This document shows positions 53,256 to 64,000 of a stretch of 64,000 nt of DNA, in pieces. Numbering within the stretch: position 1 is the stretch's first letter; every line of letters begins with the position of its first letter. The stretch lies in the NCBI RefSeq assembly GCF_009914755.1, contig NC_060944.1; one strand, written 5' to 3'. The translations under genes were made by a program, and so were the position numbers. A model generated the notes under the pieces. The model had not been told where the DNA came from and did not search any database. It saw only the letters and a list, made by a program, of their open reading frames with translations. The stretch comes from the human T2T-CHM13v2.0 reference genome, Homo sapiens.

Positions 53256-54528
53256 AAAGGCAAATGTTTTAACCAAAAGGAGTAACTCTGTAAGGGTTCC
53301 ATGTGAGACACTGTGGTATCTTGTAGGTGGAAAAAACTTTATGATATGAGAAGAATAAGCTGCGAATTCTTCTTCTTTTCACATTACCAAAGATACATGT
53401 TTTCTCTCTTATTTTAATAAGTCTTATTTTAATAATAAAATTGTAATTGCAAGCCACCTCTAAAGTCTATACATGTCTTATTAGTCATTTTATTTATTTA
53501 TTTTTTTAATGCTCAAGGGGTTGTTTTGATACAGACACGTGGGATACCAGAATGCCTTTATTTTGCAGAAGAACAAACTGAGGCTGGAAACAGAACTATG
53601 CAAAATGATGACTTAAAACATGAATACTTACATGTTTATACGTGTCTTTTTAATAGAAAATAAATAGCCATTAAAATCTAGGGGAAAATTACAGAGAAAT
53701 TCAGAAATAAATGAACCAGAACATCACCCCCAGGTATTTCTGCTATGGAGTTATCGATGAATTTTCTCCCAGTCATATTGTCTATGAATTTGTTTTAATT
53801 TGTGGTGTTTTGCATTCATACTATTTGCACAATTTTGTATCTTTATGTTTTTAATGTTAGGAACATAAACACATCAATTACTTGTTTTCACAACAAAGTA
53901 TTTCCATGAATGAACATGCCTTTGTATGCTAGACAGTTTCCTGGATTTTTAACCTTTAGATGTTTTCTGGTGTCACATTAATATAATACTGTGTCCAAAA
54001 TCTTTTTACCTTTTTTGCTTTAAAAAAAAACTAGTTAAATTAGTCAACCAATGTTCTGAAGAATATTGTTAGATTCAAACTTTTAAAGTATGTTTGGAAG
54101 TTAGTTTTAGATGAGTTGCTTCGAAAATATCTACGTTTTTACCTTGCTTTAGTTTTTTTCCTTATGTAAGCATATCTAGTTTACATTTTCACAAACAGAT
54201 ATTAGAGGTGTGTTGTTTTATTAACTGTTTAAAAGTCTGTCCAGTATATTCAATGAAGACATCAATCAGAATAAAATTACAAGCTAAAAATAATTCTGAA
54301 ACCTTTCTTTATAAAATGGTTATCATGTGTGTCATCTATGTTGTTGTGTTTGTAAATACCTATGCTAAGTGGATGGGCATAGCTCACCCAATAACTGAAA
54401 AGATTTTTTGTGGGGACACAAGGACCCTTCTTTTAGGTACAGAAACTGCAACAAGCTATATAGTGGAGCTAAACTTAGGCGTACAACAGCCTTTCCAAGA
54501 ATTTGTGGCACAAAGCAGACAGGAATAT

Positions 54529-54531
<3 letters not shown>

Positions 54532-54562
<31 letters not shown>
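54532..54562. repeat. (CA)n microsatellite
   Basis: Seen directly. Confidence 0.95.
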
Positions 54563-54563
<1 letters not shown>

Positions 54564-55533
54564 TCCGCTTCCTGTCTCTGACTTTCTAACTTGACCTTAC
54601 TTACTTGCAAACTTGGAAATACAGGCATTCTCTCTCTCTCTCTCTCTTAGAGTCATGATTCTCAAACATTAAAATAGCTTAAAAATTAACATACCTTAAT
54701 GTCATCTTAAAGAGTGAGGAAATATTTAGCGATCCTGTGAACAATTTTTATTTTCTGTAAACTTCCCCAATCCTCACATTTACCTTCCTAGGTAACTATG
54801 TGCTTGACTTATATATTTTTTCTGCATTCTTTGTAGCCCTTTCTTTCCCCCCATGGACAACTGTGTGTCCCAGCATTACAATACATGTGTGGACAAAGAA
54901 GCTTTCTGTCCAGAGAGAAATTAAACATTCCAGTGGCTTTTCTCACCAAGTCCTGACACAGAGTGACCCTTGGCATCTCATTTGTGGGCGAGCGTTGAAG
55001 ATGGTGGAGAGATAACCTGAAGCAAATCTCAGCCTGTTGTTCAGGCTGCCTTGGGCAGTCCAGAGAAGAACAACATTTAGAACATTTATGACCTGTAAAA
55101 TTTATCCTCTAGAGTTGAGCCCACAATTTTTGGCCAATAATTATATGTGAGAGTAAAATATAAGGGACATATCTTGGAAGCAGTATTGCTGAGTACTTCA
55201 GAAATGAATGACTATTTTAATCAACCTACCTACATTTGGGCGATTATCCAAACTATTTGGCTTTTTACTCCTCTCCCCTTCCAAACTTACCCTCCTAAAA
55301 AATGTTTGAGAGTTAATAAAATGATGTATTTAGAGCTCTTAAGCCCTAGTTCACCTTGTTTTTTTTTTTCTTAGTTACCTTCGTGATTACTTCTAATTCT
55401 GCCCTGAGGTGCAAACTTGATTCCATTCAAAGGAAAAGGAAACCAAAACAAACAACAAATAAAAAGTAACTGAGGAGTGTCTCCAAAAACTACTACTGAA
55501 AACCTAGTTTACCTACAGTTCAAATATGATCCA

Positions 55534-55553
55534 CTCTCGCCATCTGCTGGCTG
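55534..55553 (-). promoter_or_regulatory. Candidate CTCF binding motif
   Basis: Reverse strand 'cagCCAGCAGATGGCGAgag' fits the CCASYAGRKGGCR core; motif only, no occupancy data. Confidence 0.6.
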
Positions 55554-55923
55554 TATTTTTGATTTTTTAAAAGGGAAGTACTGGCACAGACACATGGGCT
55601 AACGTTATTGTGTTTTGATGTGTTGTGAATATGTGTGGGGAAGCTGGGCACTAAACCGTCCAACATTCAAATTCAGTATGTTTTTGAGCACCTATATTTA
55701 GCTGAGTCTCCCTAGTTTATAATTTGGTGGAGGGTTTTATACGTAGAGAATCATCACAGTCAAGACGAAGTAGAGACTGGGACCAACGGCTGCATCCGTC
55801 AGGGAGAACTTCTGTCAAAGAATAACGCACAGACACTGGGTCTCAGAAAGTGGCTGTCTCTGAGGACTCAGCGTGTTTCTTCTCTTTGATGAAACTAATG
55901 ATGACTCAACTCCATGGATCTAA

Positions 55924-56567
<644 letters not shown>

Positions 56568-56599
56568 TAACATTAACCAACCTATTTGGAGTGTTTTAC

Positions 56600-56770
56600 C
56601 CAAACACATGTATTTAAGCCACACAATAACCCTATGAGGTAGCCATTATTAATCGTGTTTTATAGATGAGGAAATTGAAATCCAAAGATATTGATGACAG
56701 AACTGCTAAGTGATAGAGTCAGCACAATGCCTGGATGGAAATTCACTTCCAGAACCACATCTTCACCACA
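56600..56770 (-). mobile_element. MIR fragment
   Basis: 'acaataaccctatgaggtagccattatt...ttttatagatgaggaaattga'. Confidence 0.7.
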
Positions 56771-57424
56771 AACATTGCTGTCAGGGCTCTCCAGGTAACC
56801 CTGTTTCTGTCCGTGCAGTGTGCAGCTAACAGAATTCCCTTATCTCAGCTGGGAAACAGGAGTGATGGAATCATTTCCCACTCCCAAGTCATCGCCACAA
56901 AACTTCTCCTTCAAAATTTGTCTCCGGAATCACTTGTTCAAAAAGCCCTTTGAATTTCTCTTTCTCTCTGAGTACTCAGAATATGCCTGTCCTATAAAAT
57001 TTCATTTGGCGGCTTGTTTTCTTCGTGCCCCTCTAATATTCACCAAGATTATATTTATTTGACTTTACTCTCAGAGTGTACTTTGTGGGGGGGGACAAAA
57101 GTGATTATTTTTCCTCTAATGTTGTCGTATAAATGCTATGGCAATCTAGTACCTCTCATACGTAGGGATATGCCCAGGTCTTAGGGAAAACTCACTTGTA
57201 CATATCTGTGTTATTGGGCCTGTGGGCCAATGATATTTCTATTTCCTGTTCTGCAACTTTGTGTACAACAATAATTTAAAGTAGCTTCCAAAGGATAAAA
57301 AATGTTCTCTAAGAAACTGATGAATCTATATTTACTTATGTTGCCCCACATCCTGCACATTCTTTTTCTTTGAATTAACTTTCATTTTCTTTCTATCTTT
57401 CCTTTCCTTCAGGTTAATAACCTT

Positions 57425-57790
57425 TGCTGGTGGGGTTCTCCAGAATCAGCTGCCAAAACAGAGTCTGAGTTTCAAGGTACTTATTAGGGATCAAGCCCTG
57501 TGGAAGACACAGGGGAAGCTGAACTGTGAGGGCAGCCCACAGAAGCCTCCCCTGCCCTGCAGGGAGCTCTGGAGTGAATACTGTTCTGTCCACCAGAGCT
57601 GGGCCCCAGTGGGCGAACAAGACCAGGCCTTTGCACCCCCACCTCACTCAGCATCAGGCTGTGTGGGTTGTCCTAGGAAGGGGTCGACTCAAAGAAGAAG
57701 ACACTGAGGAGATGACAGTGGGACCATCTGCCAACTCTACTCCCAGAAGCTGGGCAGTGAGGCCTTCCTTGCTGGGATTCTTGGTGGAGA
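57425..57790. mobile_element. ERVL LTR (LTR33/LTR16 group)
   Basis: 'gggttctccag...agagtctgag...gggatcaagccctgtggaag...gggagctctggag'. Confidence 0.55.
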
Positions 57791-58699
57791 ATCTCCCTAT
57801 TGATCACGGTGGCATGAATTCTGCCTATAGCTCACACGGTGCTCTTTCTTTCTTACAATCCATGTCACACAGGCTGTGCTTTTGCATACAAACAGGGACT
57901 ATCTACTGATGCACATACTTTGTCTTCTCAGTAAAGAATTTACCAAAATACAAAAGAGCTACCTCAGTGTCCATAATCTGCAGGTGAACCTGAAACTCCA
58001 AGAAACTGACCAGGAAAGAGAAGCATGGGAAATTAAGAGCCCTACCTCTTCATTTCCAGAAACATTTCCATAGGGCTTTCAAATGTTCCTTTAGTTCCTT
58101 GTAAGGAGTAAGAGAAGGGCCCGTATTTGCATCCTCAGGAAGGGGAGGGTAAGTGTCTGCTTTCCCCACCCTGCCATAAGAAAACTCCCTGACTCTGTGC
58201 CTGCATCACTGCAGGTCCTCTGAGACGCAGACACCTACAGGGAAATAGACGTGTGAACAACGTGTTGGAAAAAATTCCTGTGAAGGATAAACAGAGCAGC
58301 AGAGAAAAACTTCAGTCTACAATGGAGGTTCAATACCTGAGAAAGACCAGAGGGAAGAAGGGGGACCGAGCGAGCCTGACAGCACAACATAGCTCTGGGA
58401 AAGCCTTGGCCAGGCTGACGCACAGTTCCAACATAGAGATGGTCCATTAGAGGGAGTCGTGGGATAATCCAATTCTATTTCCCTTACTAGGCTCAGTAAT
58501 AATCTGGAGACAGCCCAGGAATCGTGCATCCTCTGTATGAATGCTGTTGTGGGTCCTAAAGGTGCAGCAGCAGCTGGATACTGTCAGGTGATAGACATGA
58601 AAGGTTATTTTCAGAAGGAGACATGAGCAGTGTATTCCTGGGACTGCTACAATATGCTTAGTATTCAGCACCAAATCCTCAAGAATGGGTTCATAGTTG

Positions 58700-59410
<711 letters not shown>

Positions 59411-59576
59411 ATAGTTGACTTAAAAGAACACATTAAGAAAGTTTTTTTTTTTTTAATTTCTCTTTCATACCTGCTTAATTCCTGATCCTAAAGAAGGGTC
59501 TCCAAACACACTCCTCAAATTGATAACTGATACAATTGAAACTTAAATCAACAGATCAATAAAGAAATAGCATCTT

Positions 59577-59871
<295 letters not shown>

Positions 59872-61289
59872 AGAAATAGCATCTTAACCACTGGAATTAG
59901 TTAAGCATTTTTAACCACTGTGACTCTAGTGAGAACTCAGCACCACCTCAATTACATAAAATTACAAAATTGTTTAATGTATACCGACTATGGGCCAGAT
60001 ACGCTGCTGGATCAGCCAAACCAAGTTAAATCAGGCGAAATCTTGACAGGCCTCTAGGGTTTGACATCCTTGATAAATGAAGGATAATATCTTGTTTGCG
60101 GATTTTTGTGCTTCCAAACATTTCTATCTTTTCATTTAGTATGTTACCATAATATTTCTATCTCTCTTTTTGTTTTTGTCAAAGCAATATCCATAGGTCA
60201 GGACACTGAAATAATGCATATAATGCATAAAATCTTGTGATGAAAAGATGCCATCTTCTGCCTTCATTCCATTCTTAAAGTAACTGTTTCTAAGCTTCTT
60301 CTTCTAAAGTGATTATTTCTGTCCATTTCTGTGGTACTCTTTTTGGTATTTCATTCAATTCTCTAAATACTATGTTTCTACTAATGTCTCCGGAACTATC
60401 TACTATCTCTTGCCTCTTTGCTATGTTGAATTTCACTAACATGCTACCAATCTGTTAGTAATGCAAAGCTGTATTAACTAAACATTTGAGCAGTTTTCAA
60501 AAATACCACCTTGAGAGAGTTTTAGGATTATCGCAGGGGAAAAGTCAGAATGTATCTCTCTAGGGTCTTGGGATCTACACCAGAGTGGTTTAAGCAATCG
60601 AGATTGGGCATTAATTGTGACATTGTGAGACGAAGTTCTTAAAATGATTCTGGGTAAGAAATTTTTGTTTGATAAGCAAAATGTTTTCCCAGCTGAGCCA
60701 ATGAGCCAACTTTTGTCTCAAAATAATTGATCTGCTGGAATTTCCTGAAGGCAGTAGTAAAGTTAATTATTGATGATTAATCTTACCTTTCTCAGGCAAA
60801 GTTTCTCTGGTACAAACAACTATGTCATGTTGACAAAGGTTGCCGTGGGTTTTTGGCCTTAATAGCTAGGTAATGTTGATGCAGGTGGTTGTGGTTCTCA
60901 GCTCCATGGGTATTTAGCCCGTGTATCTCCCACTACTATCTTCCTTTTTCACCTCTTCTCTGTAGTTATATCCCTGTTTTTAATTCACCTTGTGGTTATA
61001 TTCAGCAACTTGAAATAGCTTTCATCACTCTGCCTTTTTTATTCTAGCAGTTTTGGCCCTTGACTGTCACTCTGTAAGATGAGTTATTAAGACCTCTACT
61101 TTTCTACTTTTCTTCCCCCTTTCTTCCTGCCAATTTCTGTCAGCTGGGCTGTGTGCCAAGGTGTAAAACATTTGCGTTATGCTTTTAACCATAATTACAT
61201 TTTCTGAGCTGTCACTAATGATTGAGTCAACAACTTGAAAATAACAAGTTGTATTTACATGAATGTAATAAGAATGATACATTTCTACA

Positions 61290-61470
61290 AACATTTGACT
61301 ATGTGTTGAGCACACATTTAAGTTCTCTCTGCATATTAATTGATTTCAACCTAATACTAGACACTATTATTAGCTCAATTTCGCAAATGAGGAAACTGGG
61401 GCACAGAGAGGTTTAGTATCTTGCCCCCAGTGGTTTGCTGCCTACTCTTTTAAAATACCATGCCTTCATT
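61290..61470 (-). mobile_element. MIR fragment
   Basis: 'caaatgaggaaactggggcacagagaggtttag'. Confidence 0.65.
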
Positions 61471-61681
61471 CTCTACCCTAGAACAGGCACCCTCATTCTG
61501 CCATGCCTCCAATTTGTTCATTTCACAGGGATTTTTCTTACCCTGAGCCATCCCAGAGGCTGTTCTCAGTGTTTTTTGAACTTCTTCTCCCAACTTTACC
61601 TCAACAGTTCCTACTTACCATGCTGATATCAGCTAATATCAGTTCCTCAGAGAGATCTTCTCTAACAGGGTATCAGAAGTT

Positions 61682-61983
61682 TCTTCTTCTTCTTCTTCTT
61701 TTTTTTTTTTTTTTTTTGACAGAGTCTCGCTCTGTTATCCAGGCTGGAGTGCAATGGCACAATCTCGGCGCACTGCAACCTCCTGGGTTCAAGTGATTCT
61801 CCTGCCTCAGCCTCCCAAGTAGCTGGGATTATAGGCGCCCACCACCACACCCAACTAATTTTTGTATCTTTAGTAGGGACGGTGTTTCACCATGTTGGTC
61901 AGGCTGGTCTTGAACTCGAGGCAGGTGATCCACCCATCTTGGACCAAAGTGCTGGGATTATAGGCGTGAGCCACTGCGCCCAG
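61682..61983 (-). mobile_element. AluS with small internal deletions and a (CTT)n/T tail
   Basis: Alu dimer; TSD-like tcagaagtttcttct / tcagaggttcttct. Confidence 0.9.
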
Positions 61984-63274
61984 TCAGAGGTTCTTCTATT
62001 GTCTCTCTCATAGCTTCCATTATGTTATTTCCTGGAAGTCAGCGTAATTTGCAAATACATAATCCTTTTTGTGTGTATCAGTATACTGCCTCTTTTTCCT
62101 TCTTGACAATGAGATGCATGATGTCTTGTTCACTCTAGTATGCTCATAGCCTAGGATAGTGTTGGCACTTAGGAAGTAATCAATTTTCTTCACAAGTAAT
62201 GGCCTATAAAGGCTCATAAACGTAATTTCACTTTCTAGTTAAATACAAGGCTATTATCATGAAAATACTATTGGTCATTCAGTGAAGAATGGTGGAATAA
62301 ATTTGCATAAAATCTAACACCTACAATAGAAATCAATTTTTAATGCAACTAGACATTCATTTGCTTTCCTGAAATTTGACTCACAGAAGCATAATAAATA
62401 AAGGACAGGTGAATAAGCCTCTGGACCATGGAGCAGAGCAATAATAATCATCCACATTTGTAAAGGTCTTGGCACTTTGAAATGCCTTCACAATGCACTT
62501 TATTCCATTAATCCCTCCCAGTGACATTATTATGTCATCAAATACGTTATTCAGGATTGCACAAACAACACGTGGCGGGAAGAAAACACGGTTTTTCTTT
62601 TCTATGTCCAGTGTTCTTACTCAGACCTTCCCACCTTCCCCTTTCTAAATACAAATTCTGAAGCAGCATTCTCTGAAGGACGGTCTTTCCTTTGACAATG
62701 GAATTGTTTTTATGTTACCATCAGTCATTTTGCCTTGTCTGTAGTATTTAAAACATTCTCATTTCAACAATAGTAACTTTGATCTCTTAGTCAGGTATTT
62801 GATAAAGAACAAATAAATTATTCAAACAACATCATGTTTAGTGGTGAGCAAAATCCTTTCAGGAGATTTAGCCAATATCTGGAAGAAGCTTCACTGAAGA
62901 GGAATTGGAGTGGAGCCTTGATGTCACACTAGAAAGCTTAGATGAGGGAGCAGCTGAGTTTCTAAATCTGCTTCATGATACTTTCACTGAGGAGCTTTGG
63001 CACTCATGCACACTCTTAGGAAACTACCACAGTAGATAGTTACAGTGTGTTTATATTTTAGGACATTGATTTACTCACTCATTGATGCATTTCATAAAGA
63101 GCTGTATAAAAAGGATTTTATTTCTTAAGAGATTCAAACTCTTTGAATCTACCTTTGCACTTATTATCACCCTGTATATGAGATTGTGTTCAATAACTAC
63201 AGTTTTGCTGCTGCATTTCCTGGTTGATTTTGGACTTGGGCTACAACAACTCGTTGTAATAAACTTTGAAATTC

Positions 63275-63660
63275 TGTCTTAGGCCACATTTCCTAGAAGT
63301 AGAATCTGAGATGGGAATTTGAGTATAAATGATTTCTTGTGGGGAGGGCTCTTGAGAAATGGAGTGATGGGAGCAAATGGAACAGAGGGTGGAACTCAGC
63401 AAGGATGTGTGCTCAGCAGGAAAGCTTCAGCTGATGCCAGAGAAAGCCCAGGAGAACTCACTGTACCATAAAGACAGTCCCACCTGAGGCAAGGGGGCTG
63501 GCCTTTTGCACATCCTTGCAAGTCACTCTTTGGCTACTGGTTACTGGGGGGAGAAGAGGACAGCTGTGAGCCATCAACAGCCAACAATCTCAGCATTTGG
63601 GGGGCATGGATGCACAGCCCAGTACAGGGAACTGGACTTCAACATCAACAAAACCTGTTA
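63275..63660. mobile_element. ERVL LTR (LTR16-like)
   Basis: 'tgtcttagg...cctagaagtagaatctgagatgggaattt...gtcccacctgaggcaagggggctggcc'. Confidence 0.55.
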
Positions 63661-64000
63661 CTCTGTCCACGTAAGTGCAGGCATTCATCCTTAAAAATGT
63701 GAGAAATCCACTTACTTCTCTAAAACATCAACCATCACCTTCAGAATGACATAGCACTATAATTATAAATCTAATAAGTATAAGCTAAGTTTAGGATAAG
63801 CATCTTCACCCATGTTTGAGTGACAGTAAGTCACGTATGTGTCAATGCATTCTTACACAAATTGCCCCATATATTTTTAAACGTTCAAGTTGGCGTATCT
63901 CTCCTCCCATTTCATTCAGGTATCACATAGTTTTTGTAGTACACTGAAGCAGATTATTATACAGGGATAAGCATTTGGGAGTTCCAAAGAAACGTGAGAG

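Overview
Primate genomic DNA, most likely a great ape or human because it carries a full-length SVA retrotransposon. It is AT-rich and repeat-dense, and I can support no protein-coding gene: the listed ORFs are L1 ORF2 remnants, Alu/SVA frames, low-complexity translations or short chance ORFs. Contents: a nested L1 cluster (15.1-22.9 kb: L1MA host, 5'-inverted L1PB inside it, and AluY plus a THE1D LTR inside that), a minus-strand SVA with TSDs (24.4-25.9 kb), an L1PB4-like element (41.7-45.0 kb), about 11 Alus or Alu fragments, MaLR/ERV solo LTRs, hAT MITEs, and L2/MIR fossils. The most unusual structure is at 41.7-50.4 kb. A ~357 bp inverted duplication (~96-97% identical) brackets 3.4 kb, two halves of one old L1ME sit in swapped order, and short direct repeats mark the junctions. 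This looks like a complex rearrangement and a possible inversion substrate. I found no evidence of a novel protein-coding system. Subfamily names come from recalled consensus features, not a RepeatMasker run.
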